A DNA stretch of 63,992 bases, counting the filler, from Vicugna vicugna (taxonomy: Eukaryota), in the NCBI GenBank assembly GCA_013265495.1. It is 77 parts of 77 records of this genome, joined end to end, with 100 filler letters (N's around TTAATTAATTAA, not from the genome) between each part and the next. Parts side by side here need not be neighbours in the genome. Positions count along the whole stretch, not along the records: positions 1 to 669 come from MU059515.1; positions 770 to 1,224 come from PNXW01009727.1; positions 1,325 to 1,774 come from MU059516.1; positions 1,875 to 2,663 come from MU059517.1; positions 2,764 to 3,847 come from MU059518.1; positions 3,948 to 4,842 come from PNXW01009736.1; positions 4,943 to 5,698 come from PNXW01009737.1; positions 5,799 to 6,582 come from MU059520.1; 69 more parts are not named here. One strand, given 5' to 3'. The notes beneath the pieces were generated by a model. That model had not been told where the DNA came from. It saw only the letters and a program-made list of their open reading frames with translations, and ran no database searches. Made by a program: the position numbers and the translations under genes. This document shows positions 1 through 11,663 of the stretch, in pieces. Each line of letters begins with the position of its first letter. The first letter of the stretch is position 1.

Positions 1-2763
1 CACACATTTGGTGGTTAGCTTGCTCCTGGGAGGCCTGCGGGGTGCAGTCAGCGGTCGAGTCATTGGTGGTGGCCCAGCAGTTGTGAGGAAAGAAGGCCTT
101 GCCCCAGATACTCTTGCTGGACTTACTCCCACCTCTCCTGAAGCCTGGCCTGGTGATGCCCTCTACTGCCCCAGGTTCCTGGGATGCAGGGTAGGGGTCA
201 ATCTGCTCCTGGGAGGCGGGCTTCTTGAAGTGTGAGTAGGGACAGCAGGAAATGGAAGCGAATCCCTGCTGTAGGGTGGGGCAGCCCCAGTCCAGCCGTC
301 GGATCTGCCCCTATGGCCACCGCCGCTGCCTCTTCGCCTCCCTGACCGCACCGCCCCTGCCTCCCAGGAGCAGGCTGACAGGGAGGAATTCTTTCCAGGA
401 GGCTGGGGTAGCAGAGGCTGCTCCATGCCAGGCAGCGGGGGAGATGGTAGCAGGTCNNNNNNNNNNNNNNNNNNNNNNNNNNNNNNNNNNNNNNNNNNNN
501 NNNNNNNNNNNNNNNNNNNNNNNNNNNNNNNNNNNNNNNNNNNNNNNNNNNNNNNNNNNNNNNNNNNNCCACCCGCCCAGGCCCGGGAGCCTGGGACACG
601 AGGCTGTGTGCCTGCAAGCTGCCTGGGATCCCTGTCTGGCGGTTGACGCCCTGGGGATCAGAGACCGGANNNNNNNNNNNNNNNNNNNNNNNNNNNNNNN
701 NNNNNNNNNNNNNTTAATTAATTAANNNNNNNNNNNNNNNNNNNNNNNNNNNNNNNNNNNNNNNNNNNNTCTAGAAATTCCTTCTCCTGTGGGGAATGAA
801 AAGATATAGAATAAATTTTGTAACCAATTCTCTATCTCTGAGTATGATTCCACTTCAGCTTTTCTTCCCACCATTGTAAACAGTGCTGTGTAAATGCTCT
901 GATGAGTACATCTTTTTGAACTGATTTTTTTGTAAATGAAACGATTCCTAAAAGTGAAGTTCAGCCTGTGTGTACACACGTTTTCCAGGGTTTATATATC
1001 CATTGACATGTCGTCCTCCAAAAGATCGCTCACAGTTTGTTGTCTCAAAAATGGACACTAGCTAGAATATCTTTTACAAATATTTGCCAATATGATGAGC
1101 AAAATGATTTTCATTGTTTTAGTTTGCACTTTATGACCAATGTGCTATTGAGCATTTTTCACTCATTAGCCACCACCTAAATTTTAAAAAGTGAATGATC
1201 CCTTTTGTCCTTTGCAAATATTTANNNNNNNNNNNNNNNNNNNNNNNNNNNNNNNNNNNNNNNNNNNNTTAATTAATTAANNNNNNNNNNNNNNNNNNNN
1301 NNNNNNNNNNNNNNNNNNNNNNNNAAAGGAAATCACCAAATTCACAACCTAGCCAAGGGGCTACCAGTGTGTCCTCAATAGACATATGATGCCTTTACGG
1401 CTCTGACACACGCCAAGCGTGGCGGCCGCACACAGTGAACACTGCTTAGTGCAAGTGTGTTAAGTGCTTCATGTGTGCTATAATACTCTTTAGAATTTAC
1501 AACAATCCCAGGAAGAAACGAATATTATCGCGCCCATTTCACATANNNNNNNNNNNNNNNNNNNNNNNNNNNNNNNTCCAAGGCCCTATGGTGATGAAAT
1601 GGCGATTTAAACCGGAATCTGGGCCCAGGCCTTGGCTCCATCTCTCTCCCATCCACCTGACCACTTGCCTATGAAATCCACCTGTCCAATACACAAGTTT
1701 ACAGCCGGCCAGCTCTTAAATGAAATGTTTGCCACCGTTTGTCAATGTTGGTTAATTACCATAAACTGTTCCCANNNNNNNNNNNNNNNNNNNNNNNNNN
1801 NNNNNNNNNNNNNNNNNNTTAATTAATTAANNNNNNNNNNNNNNNNNNNNNNNNNNNNNNNNNNNNNNNNNNNNGACTGTGTACTTATAATGTGAACTCT
1901 TGCTGTATTCATCCTGTTTGGAAGCTGAGCTTGCTTTTTCCAGAGGCCCTCCATTGATGCCCTTATTTGTGCTGCTCCCAGGACCTGTCAGCAAGCAGAT
2001 TGCTCCTACTTCCAACACATGTTCTGGAGCAGCTCTCTTTACTGTGGGCTGGCTTGTCACTGCCCTGCCCGATGCTGCAGTCAGATGTTTCAGACTGACC
2101 AGGCAGGAGTGGGCATTATGCCCTCTCCCATCCACATGGTCAGTGGCTCCATTCCAGCCCAAAATGTGGGGGTCATCAGTCCCCTCAGAGTGCCAATCTC
2201 TCCTCTGCTCTGTGCCACTGTACTGTCTGCCTCAGGTTGGCAAACAGGAATTGGGCTCAGGGTAGACTGAGGAACATCCTTGTCCCTGTTTTGTGACAAA
2301 ACTCAGATTCTTGTTTGTCTTGGCAGAGCAAGTTCTCTGAGGAAATAAGACGGAAGTATCCTATATGCCTCAGGCTGTAGACAAGTCCCCATCTTGCNNN
2401 NNNNNNNNNNNNNNNNNNNNNNNNNNNNNNNNNNNNNNNNNNNNNNNNNNNNNNNNNNTGCAAAGCACACTACGGTGGCTGTGTCTGAGCCCCAGCTCTC
2501 TAAACCTAGAAAGTTTTGTGGATTTTCAGAGATGGGGAATACACCTTTACGCTCCCAGAGCACTTCTGCCCTCTTGTTTTGTGGAGGGCCCTGGTTGTTC
2601 TGCCCTGTGCACCCACAACAATGGCACACAGCCCCCTCCATTCCCCGAGCTGTCTCAGTGCAGNNNNNNNNNNNNNNNNNNNNNNNNNNNNNNNNNNNNN
2701 NNNNNNNTTAATTAATTAANNNNNNNNNNNNNNNNNNNNNNNNNNNNNNNNNNNNNNNNNNNN

Positions 2764-3847
2764 TATGCAAAGGCAGTACAACATACAGAAGTCAATTCAT
2801 GTAATACAACATTTTAATAGAATAATGGATAAAACTAGGAATAGAAGAGAACTTCCTCAACTTGACAGAGAACATCTATGAAAAACCTGAAGCAAAGATC
2901 ATACATAATGCAGAAGCACTGAATTATTCCCTTCCAAAATCAACATTGTAGTAGAGGTTCTAGTCAAAGCAATCAGACAAAGAAAATAAAGCCTCTAGAT
3001 TAGAAAGAAAGAAATAAAACTGTTTTGATTCCAGATGACATGATATTATATATTGAAATCACAAGGAATCCACAGAGGAAAAATAGAATAGAAAAACATC
3101 CTCTTAGAATTAATAACCCAGTCTGACCAAAATTGTAAGACACAAATCAATATATAAAAAGTAATTATGTTTCTATTCAACAGCAGTGAATAATCTAAAA
3201 ATAAAATGAAGGAAACCTTTTCATTTACAATAGCATCAAAAAGAATAAANNNNNNNNNNNNNNNNNNNNNNNNNNNNNNNNNNNNNNNNNNNNNNNNNNN
3301 NNNNNNNNNNNNNNNNNNNNNNNNNNNNNNNNNNNNNNNNNNNNNNNNNNNNNNNNNNNNNNNNNNNNNNNNNNNNNNNNNNNNNNNNNNNNNNNNNNNN
3401 NNNNNNNNNNNNNNNNNNNNNNNNNNNNNNNNNNNNNNNNNNNNNNNNNNNNNNNNNNNNNNNNNNNNNNNNNNNNNNNNNNNNNNNNNNNNNNNNNNNN
3501 NNNNNNNNNNNNNNNNNNNNNNNNNNNNNNNNNNNNNNNNNNNNNNNNNNNNNNNNNNNNNNNNNNNNNNNNNNNNNNNNNNNNNNNNNNNNNNNNNNNN
3601 NNNNNNNNNNNNNNNNNNNNNNNNNNNNNNNNNNNNNNNNNNNNNNNNNNNNNNNNNNNNNNNNNNNNNNNNNNNNNNNNNNNNNNNNNNNNNNNNNNNN
3701 NNNNNNNNNNNNNNNNNNNNNNNNNNNNNNNTCTTTACAAATGCTGGGACACCTGTACATACACCTGGAAAGAAAGAAAACTGAACTTTTATCTTAACAC
3801 AGTTTATGAAAATTAACTCAAAATAAATCACAGACTTGAAAGTATAA
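2764..3847 (+). mobile_element. Old degenerate LINE-1 ORF2 fragment
   Basis: Remnants such as CAGATGACATGAT (ADDM-type motif) and TTTACAATAGCATCAAAAAGAATAAA. Confidence 0.85.
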
Positions 3848-5325
3848 NNNNNNNNNNNNNNNNNNNNNNNNNNNNNNNNNNNNNNNNNNNNTTAATTAAT
3901 TAANNNNNNNNNNNNNNNNNNNNNNNNNNNNNNNNNNNNNNNNNNNNTGAATGGCCAAATGCTGCCACCTAGGGTAGCCTATGACACATGAAAGCCATTT
4001 CTAATAACTCAAGATCTAGTGAATTCCACAGACTGGCAATTCTTAAAAGAATTCAGCAGTTTAAAATTTATCCTAAAAGAATGGTTGAGAAATCTACCCT
4101 GAATAGAAATGCAGCAAGATGGAATGGAAAGAAGAAACCATTATTGGAAATGCAAGAAGAGCATGAGTGGCAAAGAAGCAATAAGAAAAAGGCAAGTAGG
4201 ACATCAAAACCCTAAAGATCGGAGAGGTAAGCAGGAAATCATAGGTGATTGGAAGCACTCTCTTAACTGAATCAGCTTATTTGACTCTCTGTTTGAAGAG
4301 AAAGGAGAGATGCATGGCCTGACTTGTTTCCGAAAAAAGCGAGAAACCGACCAACAAAGAATCAAACCTAAAATCAAGCACCAAAATGGTACGGTTGGCT
4401 GACATTTACCACGGCAAAAATGAATATTCAAAAGAAAATTCTTAAAGTGATGTCAAGGATCATTCAGCATGCATCGACACAGTATCGGGGCTTGCATGTA
4501 CTCAGCACACTTGTATTCGGAAATCAGAGGCGTGCATTCATATTCGTAAATTTTGATTCATAAGAGCATATCGTGACCTAACCCTAATGCCGATTTGGAA
4601 TCAAATGGATTCGTAATCCGTGATGTAGACTTGTATGTCTTCCAACAGGATGAAGGAATGCCATATTCTAGGCTACGTAGAGAAGAAATGTAAGAAGCCT
4701 ATAACAAAGGCAAGTAGCTCTGCCAAAGTGTACTAAGAGCAAAAGAGACCGACAGTAAAGTGCACATTGGGGTTGGTTTCATTTCTTGGAACCATTTCTG
4801 GAATTTCAGCCCCCATGAAACCAATGGATCCATGTCCTGAGANNNNNNNNNNNNNNNNNNNNNNNNNNNNNNNNNNNNNNNNNNNNTTAATTAATTAANN
4901 NNNNNNNNNNNNNNNNNNNNNNNNNNNNNNNNNNNNNNNNNNTCCAATTTTGTACGTATGGAAATCAAAGCTGAGAGAGAAAGGAAACAATTTTCTCCAA
5001 TTTCTTGATACCAGTCAGTGACCAAATTGGGTTTCAAATCTAAGTCTTTCTTTTTCAAACACTTAATGGCCTAAATAAATAATTGGATCTGAAGTGCTGT
5101 AAAGTTAACCCAAGCAACAATAGATTTTCTCTAAGAAGCTTCATTTTCATGGGAAAATTATTGTGCACATGTGGGTAGATAATGTCATCCAATGTAGCTC
5201 AAAGAAGCAGAAAGGATAGGTCAAAAGAAAAAACATTTAGAGATGATAAATAATCATCATTCAAGAATACTGTAAATATCTTCTTAGCTATATAAGCAAA
5301 CATAAAATTGGAGAGTTGAAATTAC

Positions 5326-5451
5326 ATAAGACTAGAAGTAGAAGAAGAATCAGATGGCTTTTTTAAGATGGCTTTTTTCAGGTTCTCAACATCAATTATA
5401 ACTTTTTCTTTGTGATTAGTTAAAAGGATATTATTTCTACCCATCCAACTT
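5326..5451 (-). CDS. Candidate internal coding exon (SWMGRNNILLTNHKEKVIIDVENLKKAILKKPSDSSSTSSL), gene unidentified
   Basis: Acceptor CTCTCCTTGCAG and donor AT|GTAATT; 126 nt, phase 2-2, frame open throughout in AT-rich flanks. Confidence 0.55.
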
Positions 5452-5798
5452 CTGCAAGGAGAGTTAGGCAGTCTTTGCCTGTGACTCATAGTAGCTGGTA
5501 AAGAAGAGGTGCTCAACAAACATTTCTCAAAAAAATAGTCTTAGAGAATGTTTTTAGTGCTCTTCATTTTTAAAATTCTTGTTTATTCTTATCTCCAAAA
5601 CATACAGACAGCATAAAAATAAAAAAAAAGAGTCATTGTTTTGGAATATGATATATGTTTTAGCTGTTGTGTGTGCAATTAACAGAACAACGCTCCCCNN
5701 NNNNNNNNNNNNNNNNNNNNNNNNNNNNNNNNNNNNNNNNNNTTAATTAATTAANNNNNNNNNNNNNNNNNNNNNNNNNNNNNNNNNNNNNNNNNNNN

Positions 5799-6030
5799 CT
5801 GAGTATGTAAAGAATAAACAGCAAGTTTATACTGTATAGCATATTCATTTTCATACTCTAAGATATTCAATATCTTATAGTAACTTATGTTTAAAAAGAG
5901 TATGAAAATGAATACAGATATGTTCCTATTTAACTGGTGTTGTGCTGTACACAAGAAACTGACACAACATTATAAACTGACTAGACTTCAATGAAAATAC
6001 TTTTAAATAGACTAAAAACGAAAAAAAAAG
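5799..6030 (+). mobile_element. LINE-1 3' end with A-rich tail
   Basis: TGTGCTGTACACAAGAAACTGACACAACATTATAAACTGACT, typical of artiodactyl L1 3' UTRs. Confidence 0.8.
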
Positions 6031-7734
6031 AAAAAGGATATTATCAAACAAAAAGAATAAAGAACTGATTCAGGCTTCAATATGGATGAACCTTGAAACT
6101 TTATGCTAAAATAAGCCAGACACAAAAGGCCAAATAGTGCCCTTTAAGGTGAACTGTATCTAAGCNNNNNNNNNNNNNNNNNNNNNNNNNNNNNNNNNNN
6201 NNNNNNNNNNNNNNNNNNNNNNNNNNNNNNNNNNNNNNNNNNNNNNNNNNNNNNNNNNNNATAAAACTCTTCCTCACAGGAGGGCTTTAATTATTAAATG
6301 CAGAAATGCATGTTAAGCTCTTGGAACAACACTTTGCACTTCCACATACAGTCACTGCTGTCGCTGCCACTCAGAGGGTGGTCCCAGCACTGATGAGAGC
6401 TGCCTCCACTGGCTCCCCTGCATACAGGAGTGAGGGCCTGAGCTCTGACAGGCAGAGTGAGCGTGAACCTGGGTCAGACACAGCCACGTCCCAGATTCTG
6501 CATTACCCGAATTTCTTATACAAACTGCAACATGAATTGTAAACATGCTAGAGGGATGTATCTTACAACACAGGGAATACAGNNNNNNNNNNNNNNNNNN
6601 NNNNNNNNNNNNNNNNNNNNNNNNNNTTAATTAATTAANNNNNNNNNNNNNNNNNNNNNNNNNNNNNNNNNNNNNNNNNNNNCCTGGGCTGTGATTATGG
6701 TTTGGTTTGAGGCACAGGATGTGCAAACGCTCTGTGGTTGCCTTCGTGAACCCGTGCCAAAAGGATGAGAGGACAAGGAAGTGTGGTCCAAGACCACAGC
6801 GTGAGAAGAGGAAGGATATCCTTCAGTTTATCTCTCAAAAGCGGATGCTATATTTTGGATGGCACCGGCACGGTTCGGCAGCGAGGACATCAAGTTCGGG
6901 CTGCGGGATCATTCCAGCAGGCCCTGATGTGTGACATCCATAGATATGCTTCCACTGGTGTTTCTGTAGACAGAGAAGCTCTTGGAAGAACTGGTTTCAG
7001 TGGGACATTCCCGTGGCACTACAAAGCACAAGACTCCAAAATAACAGAGAGTAGAATGCAGAGCTGAGAACCATTAGAAGCTCCATTTCCACCAGAGGAA
7101 GTGTCCTGTGCTCTTTCAGATTTGTGAGAGAAGCGTAATCAAAATGAGGTTATACAAATCGAAAGAGTATGGGGTGTTCATCACAACAAATACAACACCA
7201 GCAATTGGAGATAAACCAGACAAAACACACAGGAACATGACATGGCATCAATGTGTAGGAAAATTTGTCCTCACAGAAATCCCATGCAATTGTGTAGAGC
7301 CAAGAGTCTAAATATTTCACTTAACAAAGCCCTAGAATTCTACATTAGATACCTTAAATTACCTGACCAGTAGAGATGAAGAAATACAGTAAAAGGAAAG
7401 GAAGTACCATTTAGAGTTCCAAAGAGATAGAAGGCCCTAAAGATAAGCTTTCAGACAACNNNNNNNNNNNNNNNNNNNNNNNNNNNNNNNNNNNNNNNNN
7501 NNNTTAATTAATTAANNNNNNNNNNNNNNNNNNNNNNNNNNNNNNNNNNNNNNNNNNNNTACAATTTGACTGCACATATACAATGTATTGCATATAAATA
7601 CATATACCCAATATACTGTACATTGTTTTCAAATTTACATATATGTATTTTTCATTGTTTCTAAGAAGGTTTAGAGCTTAAGCTATTTAAACTTACATTG
7701 TTATCAAAGGAATAAAGCCAACAACAAAATAAAA

Positions 7735-8285
7735 ATTAATTGAAAAAGATAAATACACCTGCTATCGACAGCAACATTATTTTTATAATTGCCAGTTATA
7801 AGTACCAAGGTATGGAAGTGTTATAATTTCACATCAATAGATGAACAGATAAGGAAGATGCAGCATGTATATGTAATGGAATACAACTCACCCATAAGAA
7901 AGAAGGGTATTTCGTCATTTGCAGCCCTTCATTCACTTTTTTTCCACTTCAAAAAGCAGAATTTTATAACTGGCATAAACATTTCCATTGTATCAAAATT
8001 ACCTAGAAATAAACTTAACCAAGGAGGTTGCCTATACTTTGAAAATTATAAAACATTGATGAAGGAAATTGAAGATGATACAAAGAAATGGAAAGATATC
8101 TTATGCTCCTGGATTGGAAGAATCAACATTATCAAGATGGCTGTACTACCAATTATCAAGAGTACTACCCCAATCTACAGATTCAATGCAACCCCTGTCA
8201 AAGTACTCACAATATTTTTCACAGAACTCGAGCAACAATTCCAAAATGTATATGAAAGTATAAAAGACTCTAAACTGCTGAGGTA
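7735..8285 (+). mobile_element. LINE-1 fragments (3' ORF2 piece followed by a post-RT ORF2 piece)
   Basis: [37 protein letters not shown]...IYRFNA...FFTELE. Confidence 0.92.
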
Positions 8286-8837
8286 ATCTTTTGAAGGTCT
8301 TTTTTTCCCCCTCTTTGTTCTTTTTGTTCTTTTCTTATAGTTTGATGACTANNNNNNNNNNNNNNNNNNNNNNNNNNNNNNNNNNNNNNNNNNNNTTAAT
8401 TAATTAANNNNNNNNNNNNNNNNNNNNNNNNNNNNNNNNNNNNNNNNNNNNAAAAAAAAAAACAGAAAGAAAGAAAAGGAAAGAGAGAAAAATAAATAAA
8501 TAAATTTAATTACCTCTCCCCAAATTTTTTAAAGGTAAAAAAAAANNNNNNNNNNNNNNNNNNNNNNNNNNNNNNNNNNNNNNNNNNNNNNNNNNNNNNN
8601 NNNNNNNNNNNNNNNNNNNNNNNNNNNNNNNNNNNNNNNNNNNNNNNNNNNNNNNNNNNNNNNNNNNNNNNNNNNNNNNNNNNNNNNNNNNNNNNNNNNN
8701 NNNNNNNNNNNNNNNNNNNNNNNNNNNNNNNNNNNNNNNNNNNNNNNNNNNNNNNNNNNNNNNNNNNNNNNNNNNNNNNNNNNNNNNNNNNNNNNNNNNN
8801 NNNNNNNNNNNNNNNNNNNNNNNNNNNNNNNNNNNNN

Positions 8838-9154
8838 TAAAAACTGATAACATAACACCATTTGCAGCAACATGGATGTTCCTGGAGAATGTCATTCTAA
8901 GTGAAGTAAGCCAGAAAGAGAAAGAAAAATGCCATATGAGATCACTCATATGCAGAATCTAAAAAATAAATTAATAAATAAATACAAAACAAAAACAGAC
9001 TCATAGACATAGAATACAAACTTGTGGTTGCCAAAATGTAGAATAGATAAACAAGATTGTGCTGTGTAGCACATAGAAATATATATAGGATCTTGTGGTA
9101 GCTCATAGTGAAAGATAATGTGACAATGAATGTATGTATGTTCGTGTATAACTG
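8838..9154 (+). mobile_element. LINE-1 ORF2 end and 3' UTR
   Basis: CCATTTGCAGCAACATGGATG...CTAAGTGAAGTAAGCCAGAAAGAGAAAG. Confidence 0.9.
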
Positions 9155-9254
9155 NNNNNNNNNNNNNNNNNNNNNNNNNNNNNNNNNNNNNNNNNNNNTT
9201 AATTAATTAANNNNNNNNNNNNNNNNNNNNNNNNNNNNNNNNNNNNNNNNNNNN

Positions 9255-9571
9255 CTCTCCGAATCCGCCGCCACCATAGAGACGACGCACGCACGCACGG
9301 CCGCTGGGTGGGGCCAGAAACACGGAAGTGCGATGCGGGGGCCCGGATGCGGGGGCCCGGCTGCCGGGGCGACCTTTAGACCAGGGCGGCCCTTAGAACT
9401 GGGAGGCTCCTAGACTGGGACGGACGCAGAGAGACTAGGAAGCCGTGGAGCTGCAGGGTCTGAGCTGCCGCTGTGGCGATGGCGGACAAAGGCTCGGTGA
9501 GCCTAAGCTCAGCGGAGGGTGCGCCAGAGCGGGGACAGCCCGCTCAGATCCGCGTCCCCATCCCTGGGCCA
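9255..9571. promoter_or_regulatory. CpG-island promoter fragment
   Basis: Very GC/CpG-rich; ETS-type CGGAAGTG near 9322; adjoins a candidate first coding exon. Confidence 0.75.
9479..9496 (+). CDS. Candidate first coding exon (MADKGS), gene unidentified
   Basis: GCGATGG strong Kozak context, followed six codons later by a CG|GTGAGC donor, inside a CpG island. Confidence 0.5.
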
Positions 9572-11229
9572 NNNNNNNNNNNNNNNNNNNNNNNNNNNNN
9601 NNNNNNNNNNNNNNNTTAATTAATTAANNNNNNNNNNNNNNNNNNNNNNNNNNNNNNNNNNNNNNNNNNNNGAAGTACTTCAGATGCTTGAGGAGGCGGC
9701 TGCGGTCTGGAAAGCGATTCTCAGCGGCGGGTGTGTACAACCCTGAAGTCATCGTCTTGTTTTCCTCCCTTCCCTGCCTTTTCCGCGGTCGGCTTTGGTT
9801 CAGCACCTTCCGTGGTGCCAGGGGTGCTCCCCTGCGCAGGCTCTCTAAAAGACATGTAGTGGCACCAGTGTGGGTGTGGAATGTCTCCATCTTCAAGTGT
9901 TTAAATGGGTTTGGGCATGGTACTGTTCGCGTTTCAGGAAGGGTAAGCCAGCATCGCTGTTGTGATTTATTTAAGGAGTCTTTTGGAGTTGGCCCTAATT
10001 TGACTTAACCGGGTGTGAGCTCTCGTACTGGCATAAAGGCTTCCAGAGGTTTTAACATAATGACTGTGGACTTTCCCTGTTAAAGCTTTAGTGGCCTGTG
10101 TGTATGCCGCCCTGATGGAGTTCTTGCAGAACCACATGCAGGCGCCCTTGCCTGGCTCCAGATCCCTCAGAAGTGTTCGTGGGATGGGGTTGATGGTGGT
10201 TTTGTTTTTGTTTTTGTTCTTGTTTTGTTGTTGTTGTTGTTAGAACCAACTACTTGTGATATTTTGTGCTCATGCAGACTTGTGGAGGTGTAGGCTTTCT
10301 TATGCCTAAACCTTCATGTGTGTCTTTTGTGTTGTATGAAGGAAGCAGACTATTGATGATCACTTCATGTCAGGTACTGTGCTATGTACCTTATTTCATG
10401 TTACCTGAACAGCCACCTGCAGAGGGAGAAGGGCAGGGCTAGCTCTATTTCAGATTAGAAAGTGTTTTGAGGTGAAGCCAGTTCTGAAGGTCGCACAACT
10501 AAAGAGTCAGACTTGAGATTGTAGACTAAGATCCTGTTTCAGTTGCCAGAGCTCTTTTCATAACTCCCTGTTTTCCTTAATTAGTGTTATTAATAATTTT
10601 NNNNNNNNNNNNNNNNNNNNNNNNNNNNNNNNNNNNNNNNNNNNTTAATTAATTAANNNNNNNNNNNNNNNNNNNNNNNNNNNNNNNNNNNNNNNNNNNN
10701 TACATAGTTTGCAAACAAAAGATATTGATACTAATGGGGTTCAAAGTTTTGATATTTCTTTTCTGAATCATGTATGTGGCATCCCCAAACAATTCTTGCT
10801 TAATCCTAGAGCTGAATGGTTTACCAGTTTTTATTCTAAAATAAATTGATGTATTTTAAAAGATTTCCTCTGAGTTACGTGAGCAATTTCACTGGGTCTG
10901 ATGATGGAATTCTGGCCTCTCACAGCAGCATGGTGCCTGCAGTTCCCACAGCACCTGCTCTAAGCACTGCCCAGCCCCCACTGTGATGCCCTCAGCAATG
11001 GACAGGATGACTGTGTCACCCAGGCCCAGAGGGGAAGCCCAGGCCCAGACTGAGCTGTGCTTGCATGTGCTGGGGGCAGGGGACAGGACTTCTTCATTCA
11101 GCAACACAGACACTTCTGGGACCTGGGCCTGGGCCTGGGAGTGGGGCCTCCACTGAAATCCTCCGTTGAGCCCAGCTGCTCTCTGCTGAGCAGGGAGTTG
11201 GTCAACAAGGCCACAAAGCCAGGAAGCAG

Positions 11230-11263
11230 ATTTGCATAAGGATGTCCCTTCTGAGGATAAGAG
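11230..11263 (+). promoter_or_regulatory. Ig light-chain promoter: octamer ATTTGCAT (11230-11237) and TATA-like GATAAGAG
   Basis: Perfect light-chain-orientation octamer ~90 nt upstream of the IGLV ATG. Confidence 0.9.
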
Positions 11264-11323
11264 AGGGCCAAAGACTCCACCCCCAGCTGTGGGCTCAGAG
11301 GCAGAGCTCAGGGCACCTCCACC

Positions 11324-11563
11324 ATGGCCTGGACCCCCCTCCTGCTGCCCCTCCTCTCTCTCTGCACAGGTGCTGCCCCCAGGGCACAGAACCCAGGGTA
11401 CCCAGGGATCAGCCTGGACCTGAATCTAAGCTACAACACCGGGGATGCTGCGGGGTACGTGGTCCTAGGGAATGAGACCCTGGTCCAACGTTACTCTCCT
11501 CTCCTCTTCTGCAGGTTCTGTGGCCTCTTCTGCACTGACTCAGCCCTCCACAGTGTCCGTGTC
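11324..11563 (+). CDS. IGLV: Immunoglobulin lambda variable gene segment, IGLV3-like, truncated by scaffold end (leader exon 11324-11369, intron 11370-11514, V exon from 11515)
   Basis: Leader MAWTPLLLPLLSLCT-G in ACCATGG context; GT donor at 11370; polypyrimidine-CAG acceptor at 11514; exon 2 reads GSVA/SSALTQPSTVSVS, a typical lambda FR1. Confidence 0.95.
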
Positions 11564-11663
11564 NNNNNNNNNNNNNNNNNNNNNNNNNNNNNNNNNNNNN
11601 NNNNNNNTTAATTAATTAANNNNNNNNNNNNNNNNNNNNNNNNNNNNNNNNNNNNNNNNNNNN

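Noticed and set aside
6683..6963. Possible minus-strand terminal exon after CTTCTCTGTCTACAG
   Set aside because: All frames close early and no peptide is recognisable; insufficient support.
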